Source: Escherichia coli
GTDB taxonomy: Bacteria; Pseudomonadota; Gammaproteobacteria; Enterobacterales; Enterobacteriaceae
DNA: 64,000 nt
Strand: one strand, 5' to 3'
NCBI RefSeq assembly: GCF_003334255.1
Contig: NZ_QOWU01000024.1
In this document: piece after piece, positions 1 through 8,981 of the stretch
How the letters are laid out: each line of letters opens with the position of its first letter
Position numbering within the stretch: position 1 is the stretch's first letter
The notes under the pieces: model-generated
What the model was told of the DNA's origin: nothing
The model's database searches: none
What the model saw: the letters and a program-made list of their open reading frames with translations, nothing else
Translations under genes and position numbers: made by a program

Positions 1-76
1 ACGCGAGGCATCGTCTTAACGAGGCACCGAGGCGTCGCATTCTTCAGATGGTTCAACCCTTAAGTTAGCGCTTATG
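1..76. mobile_element. Right terminus of an IS186-like insertion sequence (partial; window begins inside the element). Positions 54-76 read caacccttaagttagcgcttatg, the reverse complement of the terminal inverted repeat I recall for IS186 (CATAAGCGCTAACTTAAGGGTTG).
   Basis: Recalled IS186 terminal repeat seen at 54-76; immediately flanked by GGGAGTAATCCCC (77-89), which fits the GC-rich GGG(N6)CCC-type target preference of IS186. No transposase ORF falls within the 76 bp present. Confidence 0.55.
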
Positions 77-186
77 GGAGTAATCCCCGCATATCCGGTT
101 GTCAGGTCAGGATGGTAAGGCACCTGCTTTACACTTTCGCCCGTGGTCAGTGATGGCTGCGGGCGAATCGTACCAGATGTTGTCAA

Positions 187-816
187 TTAATCGTGTTGGC
201 ACAGCGTTATGACTATCTTTTCTTTTATCTGCCAGTGCACAGCAAACATCTCATTCTCACGATGAATGATGACCTGCTGTTTATTCCAGCTAATTATCTG
301 ATAGTCCAGAAAACCTGCATCAGTTTGGATCTCACTTGCCTTAAATGCGCTCTCTTTGGCGGAAAATGCCAGTGTCAGCGCCAGAGAAAAGGCTAAACCG
401 CAGTCTGCGAGTCGCTCGTGTTCCGCTGGTGTAATAATGTTGTCTGTCAATTCTCTTGCGGTTTGTACAGAAAAAATTTCTTCTATATCAATGCCAATCG
501 GTTGACGAGATACCACGGCTAATGCCGTAGTCCCACAGTGGCTAATACTGCCGTATACCTCCGCAGGCCAGACAGGTTGGCGTAGCTCGCCGATTGCGGG
601 CACACATTTATAGCCATATTCCCGCAAAGCATAAACAGCAGCGATCCGTCCGGCTAAATGCTCTGTTTTACGTTTACGTCCAGCGTGTTGCAGTTGTGCG
701 TAGTGCGGCAGCCAGAGTAAATCCTGCTCACAAAAATTCGCCGGATCGAACTCAACAAAATGCAGCGTATGTCCGGCAAAGGGGAGGGAGGTATGCGTAG
801 TTTTCATATCGACCAT
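187..816 (-). CDS. entD: Enterobactin synthase component D, 4'-phosphopantetheinyl transferase
   Basis: Translation MVDMKTTHTSLPFAGHTLHFVEF... recognised as EntD. Track ORF extends to 957 but the first 47 codons run across REP elements; start set at ATG 816 (alternative ATG at 807). Confidence 0.9.
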   Translation of the reverse strand: MVDMKTTHTSLPFAGHTLHFVEFDPANFCEQDLLWLPHYAQLQHAGRKRKTEHLAGRIAAVYALREYGYKCVPAIGELRQPVWPAEVYGSISHCGTTALAVVSRQPIGIDIEEIFSVQTARELTDNIITPAEHERLADCGLAFSLALTLAFSAKESAFKASEIQTDAGFLDYQIISWNKQQVIIHRENEMFAVHWQIKEKIVITLCQHD

Positions 817-844
817 ATTCGAGACTGATGACAAACGCAAAACT

Positions 845-873
845 GCCTGATGCGCTACGCTTATCAGGCCTAC
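845..873. repeat. REP (repetitive extragenic palindromic) unit
   Basis: gcctgatgcgctacgcttatcaggcctac: typical E. coli REP palindrome in the fepA-entD intergenic region. Confidence 0.7.
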
Positions 874-907
874 ATGGTCCTGCAATATATTGAATTGGCA
901 AGATTTT

Positions 908-943
908 TGTAGGCCGGATAAGGCGTTCACGCCGCATCCGGCA
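908..943. repeat. REP unit, opposite orientation (BIME-like pair with 845-873)
   Basis: gtaggccggataaggcgttcacgccgcatccggcatg: canonical REP sequence; the same 36-mer core recurs at 22841-22880. Confidence 0.7.
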
Positions 944-981
944 TGAACGACGCGCACTTTGTCAACAATCTGACGTTAGCA

Positions 982-3222
982 TCAGAAGTGGGTGTTTACG
1001 CTCATATACCACGTACGTCCCGGCTCGTTATAGGTATACGCCCCGGCACCGGCGATATAGTTGGCCCCTGCCAAATCGCCCGTGGTCTGGGCATTACCCG
1101 CACGCCACAAACGTTTGTCGAACAGATTGTCCACGCCGCCGGTCAGACTGACATTCTTCGTCACATCCCAGGTCGCGCTCAGGCCAACAATGCTGTAAGG
1201 ACTAATTTCTTTGGTTTCCGGTCCAACCGCTGGCTGACCTTTATAGTTGTACTTCTTCGGCTGCTGCTTGCCGTACCAGGTGAAGGTCGTTTGCATCGAC
1301 AAATCTTCCCGTGCCTGCCAGCTCAGCGTTGAGTTCAACGTATACTCCGGGATGATCGACAAACGGTCGCCCGTGGTTTTGTTTTCACTCTTCAGCATAT
1401 AAGTGATGTTATTGGTCCACATCACCGTTTCGCTAACCGGTACGTTTAACGATCCTTCCAGACCTTCAACCACCGCTTTCGGCACGTTATCCCACTGATA
1501 GAGATCGGTGCCGACTGCGTTTTGCCCTACAGCCACATAGCCCGCTTCAATCTTATTGCGATAATCGTTACGGAACCAGGTGACGCCCGCCAGCCACCCG
1601 TCGCGTTTGAACTCCAGACCAATCTCTTTGTTGATGCTGGTTTCTGCTTTCAGGTCATCGTTACCTTGCAGATAGCAGCCGCCCGCGCTGGCATAGCAAC
1701 CCTGACCTTTACTGTAGAGAATGTAGTTCGGGTTAGTCTGGTACAGGCTCGGCGCTTTATAAGCACGGGCGATGCCCATTTTCAGCGTGAAGTCATCGCC
1801 TAAACCTTGCGATATGTTCAGCGCCGGGCTCCAGTTATTGCCGACAATACTGTGATGATCGAAACGCAGCCCCGGCGTTACGATGGTGCTGTCAGTCAGC
1901 TCCATGTTGTTTTCGGCAAACAGCGAGAAAATTTCTGCTTTTGAATACGGGCTACGGTCGGTGGTACTCACGCCATCAATAGCGCCACCGGTATTCGTTC
2001 CGGTCAGTGCCTGGGTGTTGGAACTTAAGTCCTTCATCCGTTGCTGATTCCACTCCGTACCCAGCGTCAGCGTCTGGTTAACGAGGAAATCAATCGGCAG
2101 GTTAACTTCGCTGTGCAGCATCACGTCATCAAGATCGATATCGACGAAATCCTGTGTCGCTTTTTCGTTAAATTTCCCTTCGGTACCGCCCGCCAGACCT
2201 TCCGGAATACGCGAGTTACGGGTGTGTTCGTACTGCACCCAGTTGCTGGTGGTCACGCCGTTATCCCAGCCACCGTTCCAGGTCAGCGCGTAGTTCTGGC
2301 GATACAGACGGTTGGTTTCATCGCCATATTTCGAGCGGGTATAGGAATCGGAGTTGGTATTCTGGGTGTCGCCCGCATACAGGTTACCCTGGCGGCTGTA
2401 ACCTGCTTCCAGTTCCAGCGATTGCAATGGCGCGAAATCCCAGCGCACCACGCCATTAATATCTTTGTTGATTACCCCTTCGCGCCCGGCTGGTAACGTC
2501 GTGGCATACGTTCCGGCACGCGCGGACTGATGGCCCTGGTTGATATCCCACGCGTCAGCCTGGGTTTTGTCGAGGTTGCCATACAAACGGAAGCTGAATT
2601 CGTCGCCCAGCGGACCGGTCAGGCTAAAGTTAGTGCGTTTGGTGGCACCTTCCTCTTTATGTTCTGGCGCATTGAAATATGCGTCCCAGGAGCCGTGCCA
2701 CTCGCCGCTGCCTTTTTTGGTAATGATGTTAACCACGCCGCCCGCCGCGCCGTTGCCATAACGCGCAGCTGCCGGACCACGCAGAACTTCAATACGTTCA
2801 ATCATTTCAGGTGGCACCCAGGAAGTATCACCACGGGTATCGCGCTCGCCACGCCAGCCCTGACGCACCGAGTTACGGCTGCTTACCGGCTTGCCGTCAA
2901 TCAAAATCAGCGTGTTTTCCGGACCCATACCGCGAATATCAATCTGTCGGTTATTCCCACGCTGACCACTGGTGGAGTTACCGGTCAGGTTAACGCCTGG
3001 CATGGTACGGATGATCTCCGACACATCGCGGGCAACCGGGTTTTTGCGGATTTCATCTGCGGTGATGGTCGAAACGCCAGGCGCCTGTAAGTTCTGCTCG
3101 GCGGCGGTAACGACAATAGTATCGTCATGTGAAACAGGAGTATCGGTCGGCTCTTGTGCCTGCGCTACCCCATAAATCCCCAGATTGACCAACAAGGCCA
3201 GGGAATGAATCTTCTTGTTCAT
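982..3222 (-). CDS. fepA: Ferric enterobactin TonB-dependent outer membrane receptor
   Basis: Translation from MNKKIHSLALLVNLGIYGVAQA (signal peptide) recognised as FepA, 746 aa, ending in the C-terminal aromatic residue (…NTHF) typical of beta-barrels. Track ORF extends 20 codons further upstream. Confidence 0.95.
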   Translation of the reverse strand: MNKKIHSLALLVNLGIYGVAQAQEPTDTPVSHDDTIVVTAAEQNLQAPGVSTITADEIRKNPVARDVSEIIRTMPGVNLTGNSTSGQRGNNRQIDIRGMGPENTLILIDGKPVSSRNSVRQGWRGERDTRGDTSWVPPEMIERIEVLRGPAAARYGNGAAGGVVNIITKKGSGEWHGSWDAYFNAPEHKEEGATKRTNFSLTGPLGDEFSFRLYGNLDKTQADAWDINQGHQSARAGTYATTLPAGREGVINKDINGVVRWDFAPLQSLELEAGYSRQGNLYAGDTQNTNSDSYTRSKYGDETNRLYRQNYALTWNGGWDNGVTTSNWVQYEHTRNSRIPEGLAGGTEGKFNEKATQDFVDIDLDDVMLHSEVNLPIDFLVNQTLTLGTEWNQQRMKDLSSNTQALTGTNTGGAIDGVSTTDRSPYSKAEIFSLFAENNMELTDSTIVTPGLRFDHHSIVGNNWSPALNISQGLGDDFTLKMGIARAYKAPSLYQTNPNYILYSKGQGCYASAGGCYLQGNDDLKAETSINKEIGLEFKRDGWLAGVTWFRNDYRNKIEAGYVAVGQNAVGTDLYQWDNVPKAVVEGLEGSLNVPVSETVMWTNNITYMLKSENKTTGDRLSIIPEYTLNSTLSWQAREDLSMQTTFTWYGKQQPKKYNYKGQPAVGPETKEISPYSIVGLSATWDVTKNVSLTGGVDNLFDKRLWRAGNAQTTGDLAGANYIAGAGAYTYNEPGRTWYMSVNTHF

Positions 3223-3390
3223 TGTTTTATTCCTGCATTTTTGCCACGAATTGCAACTGTCGGGCATGGTCGTCATCAACACGACGCATCCCGCTACCGC
3301 GAAAACCTTTGATCCTGAAAGACACGCAGTGCAGTTGGTTAATTAATGTCCGCGCTTCCCACGGCGCGCCATTACGCTATTGCAAATGCA

Positions 3391-3418
3391 AATAGTTATC
3401 AATAATATTATCAATATA
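3391..3418. promoter_or_regulatory. Fur box in the divergent fepA / fes-ybdZ-entF promoter region
   Basis: aatagttatcaataatattatcaatat resembles the Fur consensus GATAATGATAATCATTATC; location between divergent iron-regulated genes. Confidence 0.6.
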
Positions 3419-3464
3419 TTTCTGCAATCAATGAAAAATTGCACAGTAAACATGGGGTTATGGT

Positions 3465-4667
3465 GTGACGGCGTTAAAAGTAGGAAGTGAGAGCTGGTGG
3501 CAGTCGAAACATGGCCCGGAATGGCAGCGTCTGAATGACGAAATGTTTGAGGTCACTTTCTGGTGGCGTGATCCCCAAGGTTCTGAAGAATACTCGACGA
3601 TAAAGCGCGTATGGGTCTACATCACTGGTGTGACCGATCACCATCAGAACAGCCAGCCCCAGTCGATGCAGCGAATTGCAGGCACTAACGTCTGGCAGTG
3701 GACGACACAACTCAATGCCAACTGGCGCGGCAGCTACTGCTTTATTCCCACCGAACGCGATGACATTTTTTCTGTACCATCCCCCGATCGCCTCGAATTG
3801 CGCGAAGGCTGGCGAAAACTATTACCCCAGGCGATAGCCGATCCGCTGAACCTACAAAGCTGGAAAGGCGGGCGAGGGCACGCTGTTTCTGCACTCGAAA
3901 TGCCGCAAGCGCCTCTGCAACCGGGATGGGATTGTCCGCAAGCGCCAGAAATACCTGCCAAAGAAATTATCTGGAAAAGTGAACGGTTGAAAAAGTCACG
4001 GCGTGTATGGATTTTTACCACCGGCGATGCAACAGCAGAAGAACGCCCGCTGGCAGTTTTGCTCGATGGCGAATTTTGGGCGCAAAGTATGCCCGTCTGG
4101 CCAGTGCTGACTTCGCTGACCCATCGTCAGCAACTTCCTCCCGCCGTGTATGTGTTGATCGACGCTATCGACACCACGCACCGCGCCCACGAACTGCCGT
4201 GTAATGCGGATTTCTGGCTCGCAGTACAGCAAGAGTTATTACCCCTGGTGAAAGCTATTGCCCCTTTTAGCGATCGTGCCGATCGCACCGTGGTTGCCGG
4301 GCAGAGTTTTGGTGGGTTTTCCGCGCTGTATGCCGGACTGCACTGGCCTGAACGCTTTGGCTGTGTATTAAGCCAGTCAGGATCGTACTGGTGGCCGCAT
4401 CGGGGCGGGCAGCAAGAGGGCGTGTTACTTGAAAAGCTAAAAGCTGGTGAAGTTAGCGCCGAAGGTCTGCGCATTGTGCTGGAAGCGGGTATTCGCGAGC
4501 CGATGATCATGCGGGCCAATCAGGCGCTGTATGCGCAATTACACCCCATAAAAGAATCCATTTTCTGGCGTCAGGTTGACGGCGGACATGATGCGCTTTG
4601 TTGGCGCGGTGGCTTGATGCAGGGGCTAATCGACCTCTGGCAACCACTTTTCCATGACAGGAGTTGA
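3465..4667 (+). CDS. fes: Enterochelin (ferric enterobactin) esterase
   Basis: 400 aa ORF with GTG start; translation MTALKVGSESWWQSKHGPEWQRL... recognised as Fes; GQSFGG serine-hydrolase motif present. A shorter downstream start is possible. Confidence 0.9.
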   Translation: MTALKVGSESWWQSKHGPEWQRLNDEMFEVTFWWRDPQGSEEYSTIKRVWVYITGVTDHHQNSQPQSMQRIAGTNVWQWTTQLNANWRGSYCFIPTERDDIFSVPSPDRLELREGWRKLLPQAIADPLNLQSWKGGRGHAVSALEMPQAPLQPGWDCPQAPEIPAKEIIWKSERLKKSRRVWIFTTGDATAEERPLAVLLDGEFWAQSMPVWPVLTSLTHRQQLPPAVYVLIDAIDTTHRAHELPCNADFWLAVQQELLPLVKAIAPFSDRADRTVVAGQSFGGFSALYAGLHWPERFGCVLSQSGSYWWPHRGGQQEGVLLEKLKAGEVSAEGLRIVLEAGIREPMIMRANQALYAQLHPIKESIFWRQVDGGHDALCWRGGLMQGLIDLWQPLFHDRS

Positions 4668-4669
4668 AT

Positions 4670-4888
4670 ATGGCATTCAGTAATCCCTTCGATGATCCGC
4701 AGGGAGCGTTTTACATATTGCGCAATGCGCAGGGGCAATTCAGTCTGTGGCCGCAACAATGCGTCTTACCGGCAGGCTGGGACATTGTGTGTCAGCCGCA
4801 GTCACAGGCGTCCTGCCAGCAGTGGCTGGAAGCCCACTGGCGTACTCTGACACCGACGAATTTTACCCAGTTGCAGGAGGCACAATGA
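4670..4888 (+). CDS. ybdZ: MbtH-like protein, accessory to EntF adenylation domain
   Basis: Translation MAFSNPFDDPQGAFYILRNAQGQFSLWPQQCVLPAGWDIV... (72 aa) is MbtH-like; begins 3 nt after the fes stop and overlaps the entF start by 4 nt. Confidence 0.9.
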   Translation: MAFSNPFDDPQGAFYILRNAQGQFSLWPQQCVLPAGWDIVCQPQSQASCQQWLEAHWRTLTPTNFTQLQEAQ

Positions 4889-7800
4889 GCCAGCATTTAC
4901 CTTTGGTCGCCGCACAGCCCGGCATCTGGATGGCAGAAAAACTGTCAGAATTACCCTCCGCCTGGAGCGTGGCGCATTACGTTGAGTTAACCGGAGAGGT
5001 TGATTCGCCATTACTGGCCCGCGCGGTGGTTGCCGGACTAGCGCAAGCAGATACGCTGCGGATGCGTTTTACGGAAGATAACGGCGAAGTCTGGCAGTGG
5101 GTCGATGATGCGCTGACGTTCGAACTGCCAGAAATTATCGACCTACGAACCAACATTGATCCGCACGGTACTGCGCAGGCATTAATGCAGGCGGATTTGC
5201 AACAAGATCTGCGCGTCGATAGCGGTAAACCACTGGTCTTTCATCAGCTGATACAGGTGGCGGATAACCGCTGGTACTGGTATCAGCGTTATCACCATTT
5301 GCTGGTCGATGGCTTTAGTTTCCCGGCCATTACCCGCCAGATCGCCAATATTTACTGCACATGGCTGCGTGGCGAACCAACGCCTGCTTCGCCATTTACG
5401 CCTTTCGCTGATGTAGTGGAAGAGTACCAGCAATACCGCGAAAGCGAAGCCTGGCAGCGTGATGCGGCATTCTGGGCAGAACAGCGTCGTCAACTGCCGC
5501 CGCCCGCGTCACTTTCTCCGGCACCTTTACCGGGGCGCAGCGCCTCGGCAGATATTCTGCGCCTGAAACTGGAATTTACCGACGGGGAATTCCGCCAGCT
5601 GGCTACGCAACTTTCAGGTGTGCAGCGTACCGATTTAGCCCTTGCGCTGGCAGCCTTGTGGCTGGGGCGATTGTGCAATCGTATGGACTACGCCGCCGGA
5701 TTTATCTTTATGCGTCGACTGGGCTCGGCGGCGCTGACGGCTACCGGACCCGTGCTCAACGTTTTGCCGTTGGGTATTCACATTGCGGCGCAAGAAACGC
5801 TGCCGGAACTGGCAACCCGACTGGCAGCACAACTGAAAAAAATGCGTCGTCATCAACGTTACGATGCCGAACAAATTGTCCGTGACAGCGGGCGAGCGGC
5901 AGGTGATGAACCGCTGTTTGGTCCGGTACTCAATATCAAGGTATTTGATTACCAACTGGATATTCCTGATGTTCAGGCGCAAACCCATACCCTGGCAACC
6001 GGTCCGGTTAATGACCTTGAACTGGCCCTGTTCCCGGATGTACACGGTGATTTGAGTATTGAGATCCTCGCCAATAAACAGCGTTACGATGAGCCAACGT
6101 TAATCCAGCATGCTGAACGCCTGAAAATGCTGATTGCCCAGTTCGCCGCGGATCCGGCGCTGTTGTGCGGCGATGTCGATATTATGCTGCCAGGTGAGTA
6201 TGCGCAGCTGGCGCAGCTCAACGCCACTCAGGTTGAGATTCCAGAAACCACGCTTAGCGCGCTGGTGGCAGAACAAGCGGCAAAAACACCGGATGCTCCG
6301 GCGCTGGCAGATGCGCGTTACCTGTTCAGCTATCGGGAAATGCGCGAGCAGGTGGTGGCGCTGGCGAATCTGCTGCGTGAGCGCGGCGTTAAACCAGGGG
6401 ACAGCGTGGCGGTGGCACTACCGCGCTCGGTCTTTTTGACCCTGGCACTCCATGCGATAGTTGAAGCTGGAGCGGCCTGGCTACCGCTGGATACCGGCTA
6501 TCCGGACGATCGCCTGAAAATGATGCTGGAAGATGCGCGTCCGTCGCTGTTAATTACCACCGACGATCAACTGCCGCGCTTTAGCGATGTTCCCAATTTA
6601 ACAAGCCTTTGCTATAACGCCCCGCTTACACCGCAGGGCAGTGCGCCGCTGCAACTTTCACAACCGCATCACACGGCTTATATCATCTTTACCTCTGGCT
6701 CCACCGGCAGGCCGAAAGGGGTAATGGTCGGGCAGACGGCTATCGTCAACCGCCTGCTTTGGATGCAAAATCATTATCCGCTTACAGGCGAAGATGTCGT
6801 TGCCCAAAAAACGCCGTGCAGTTTTGATGTCTCGGTGTGGGAGTTTTTCTGGCCGTTTATCGCAGGGGCAAAACTGGTGATGGCTGAACCGGAAGCGCAC
6901 CGCGACCCGCTCGCTATGCAGCAATTCTTTGCCGAATATGGCGTAACGACCACGCACTTTGTGCCGTCGATGCTGGCGGCATTTGTTGCCTCGCTGACGC
7001 CGCAAACCGCTCGCCAGAGTTGCGCGACGTTGAAACAGGTTTTCTGTAGTGGTGAGGCCTTACCGGCTGATTTATGCCGCGAATGGCAACAGTTAACTGG
7101 CGCGCCGTTGCATAATCTATATGGCCCGACGGAAGCGGCGGTAGATGTCAGCTGGTATCCGGCTTTTGGCGAGGAACTGGCACAGGTGCGCGGCAGCAGT
7201 GTGCCGATTGGTTATCCGGTATGGAATACGGGTCTGCGTATTCTTGATGCGATGATGCATCCGGTGCCGCCGGGTGTGGCGGGTGATCTCTATCTCACTG
7301 GCATTCAACTGGCGCAGGGCTATCTCGGACGCCCCGATCTGACCGCCAGCCGCTTTATTGCCGATCCTTTTGCCCCAGGTGAACGGATGTACCGTACCGG
7401 AGACGTTGCCCGCTGGCTGGATAACGGCGCGGTGGAGTACCTCGGGCGCAGTGATGATCAGCTAAAAATTCGCGGGCAGCGTATCGAACTGGGCGAAATC
7501 GATCGCGTGATGCAGGCGCTGCCGGATGTCGAACAAGCCGTTACCCACGCCTGTGTGATTAACCAGGCGGCTGCCACCGGTGGTGATGCGCGTCAATTGG
7601 TGGGCTATCTGGTGTCGCAATCGGGCCTGCCGTTGGATACCAGCGCATTGCAGGCGCAGCTTCGTGAAACATTGCCACCACATATGGTACCGGTGGTTCT
7701 GCTGCAACTTCCACAGTTACCACTTAGCGCCAACGGCAAGCTGGATCGCAAAGCCTTACCGTTGCCTGAACTGAAGGCACAAGCGCCAGGGCGTGCGCCG

Positions 7801-8766
7801 AAAGCGGGCAGTGAAACGATTATCGCCGCGGCATTCTCGTCGTTGCTGGGGTGTGACGTGCAGGATGCCGATGCTGATTTCTTCGCGCTTGGCGGTCATT
7901 CGCTACTGGCAATGAAACTGGCAGCGCAGTTAAGTCGGCAGGTTGCCCGCCAGGTGACGCCGGGGCAAGTGATGGTCGCGTCAACTGTCGCCAAACTGGC
8001 AACGATTATTGATGCTGAAGAAGACAGCACCCGGCGTATGGGATTCGAAACCATTCTGCCGTTGCGTGAAGGTAATGGCCCGACGCTGTTTTGTTTCCAT
8101 CCTGCGTCCGGTTTTGCCTGGCAGTTCAGCGTGCTCTCGCGTTATCTCGATCCACAATGGTCGATTATCGGCATTCAGTCACCGCGCCCCAATGGCCCCA
8201 TGCAGACGGCGGCAAACCTGGATGAAGTCTGCGAAGCGCATCTGGCAACGTTACTTGAACAACAACCGCATGGCCCTTATTACCTGCTGGGGTATTCCCT
8301 TGGCGGTACGCTGGCGCAGGGTATTGCGGCGCGACTGCGTGCCCGTGGCGAACAGGTGGCATTTCTTGGCTTGCTGGATACCTGGCCGCCAGAAACGCAA
8401 AACTGGCAGGAAAAAGAAGCTAATGGTCTGGACCCGGAAGTGCTGGCGGAGATTAACCGCGAACGCGAGGCCTTCCTGGCAGCACAGCAGGGAAGTACTT
8501 CAACGGAGTTGTTTACCACCATTGAAGGCAACTACGCTGATGCTGTGCGCCTGCTGACGACTGCTCATAGCGTACCGTTTGACGGTAAAGCGACGCTGTT
8601 TGTTGCTGAACGCACACTTCAGGAAGGTATGAGTCCCGAACGCGCCTGGTCGCCGTGGATAGCGGAGCTGGATATCTATCGTCAGGATTGTGCGCATGTG
8701 GATATTATCTCTCCAGGGACGTTTGAAAAAATTGGGCCGATTATTCGCGCAACGCTAAACAGGTAA
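4885..8766 (+). CDS. entF: Enterobactin non-ribosomal peptide synthetase (C-A-PCP-TE), serine-activating
   Basis: Translation from MSQHLPLVAAQPGIWMAEKL... (1293 aa). Motifs seen: HHLLVDG (condensation), FTSGSTGRPKG and YRTGD (adenylation), GGHSL (PCP), GYSLGG (thioesterase). Track ORF starts 46 codons upstream, overlapping ybdZ. Confidence 0.95.
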   Translation: MSQHLPLVAAQPGIWMAEKLSELPSAWSVAHYVELTGEVDSPLLARAVVAGLAQADTLRMRFTEDNGEVWQWVDDALTFELPEIIDLRTNIDPHGTAQALMQADLQQDLRVDSGKPLVFHQLIQVADNRWYWYQRYHHLLVDGFSFPAITRQIANIYCTWLRGEPTPASPFTPFADVVEEYQQYRESEAWQRDAAFWAEQRRQLPPPASLSPAPLPGRSASADILRLKLEFTDGEFRQLATQLSGVQRTDLALALAALWLGRLCNRMDYAAGFIFMRRLGSAALTATGPVLNVLPLGIHIAAQETLPELATRLAAQLKKMRRHQRYDAEQIVRDSGRAAGDEPLFGPVLNIKVFDYQLDIPDVQAQTHTLATGPVNDLELALFPDVHGDLSIEILANKQRYDEPTLIQHAERLKMLIAQFAADPALLCGDVDIMLPGEYAQLAQLNATQVEIPETTLSALVAEQAAKTPDAPALADARYLFSYREMREQVVALANLLRERGVKPGDSVAVALPRSVFLTLALHAIVEAGAAWLPLDTGYPDDRLKMMLEDARPSLLITTDDQLPRFSDVPNLTSLCYNAPLTPQGSAPLQLSQPHHTAYIIFTSGSTGRPKGVMVGQTAIVNRLLWMQNHYPLTGEDVVAQKTPCSFDVSVWEFFWPFIAGAKLVMAEPEAHRDPLAMQQFFAEYGVTTTHFVPSMLAAFVASLTPQTARQSCATLKQVFCSGEALPADLCREWQQLTGAPLHNLYGPTEAAVDVSWYPAFGEELAQVRGSSVPIGYPVWNTGLRILDAMMHPVPPGVAGDLYLTGIQLAQGYLGRPDLTASRFIADPFAPGERMYRTGDVARWLDNGAVEYLGRSDDQLKIRGQRIELGEIDRVMQALPDVEQAVTHACVINQAAATGGDARQLVGYLVSQSGLPLDTSALQAQLRETLPPHMVPVVLLQLPQLPLSANGKLDRKALPLPELKAQAPGRAPKAGSETIIAAAFSSLLGCDVQDADADFFALGGHSLLAMKLAAQLSRQVARQVTPGQVMVASTVAKLATIIDAEEDSTRRMGFETILPLREGNGPTLFCFHPASGFAWQFSVLSRYLDPQWSIIGIQSPRPNGPMQTAANLDEVCEAHLATLLEQQPHGPYYLLGYSLGGTLAQGIAARLRARGEQVAFLGLLDTWPPETQNWQEKEANGLDPEVLAEINREREAFLAAQQGSTSTELFTTIEGNYADAVRLLTTAHSVPFDGKATLFVAERTLQEGMSPERAWSPWIAELDIYRQDCAHVDIISPGTFEKIGPIIRATLNR

Positions 8767-8783
8767 ATTAATATTATTTATAA

Positions 8784-8820
8784 ACCCATAATTACAGAAA
8801 ATAATTATGGGTTTTTTATT
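8784..8820 (+). terminator. Rho-independent terminator after entF
   Basis: Stem cccataatt / aattatggg with 11-nt loop followed by tttttta. Confidence 0.7.
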
Positions 8821-8981
8821 TGTTTGATTTATAGGTTTGATGAATATTTCTCTTAAATAGAGTGAATGTTGCATTCAGTGGAAGGAATTTACAAACTTCA
8901 GCTTCGGATAATTATCACCAACTGGTAAAGTGAGCGCCGTGGAGATTTCCCCCTATTGGACTCATTTTCAGGTTATACCCC

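Noticed and set aside
187-957. Track ORF start positions for entD (957), fepA (3282), entF (4747), fepC (11068), dsbG (29361), ahpF (30451), citF (40341), citC (42671), citA (42903), pagP (47261), cspE (47990), dacA (54763)
   Set aside because: Longest-ORF starts run into upstream genes, REPs or promoter DNA; the starts I report are the ones matching the protein N-termini I recognise, several of which begin with a signal peptide immediately after the chosen Met.
2530-3090. 186-aa ORF on the plus strand (and other 60-150 aa ORFs at 1522-3175)
   Set aside because: All lie inside and antisense or out of frame to fepA; no supporting signals.
8009-8557. 182-aa ORF on the plus strand
   Set aside because: Alternative frame inside entF (thioesterase region); Arg/Cys/Trp-rich composition typical of out-of-frame translation.
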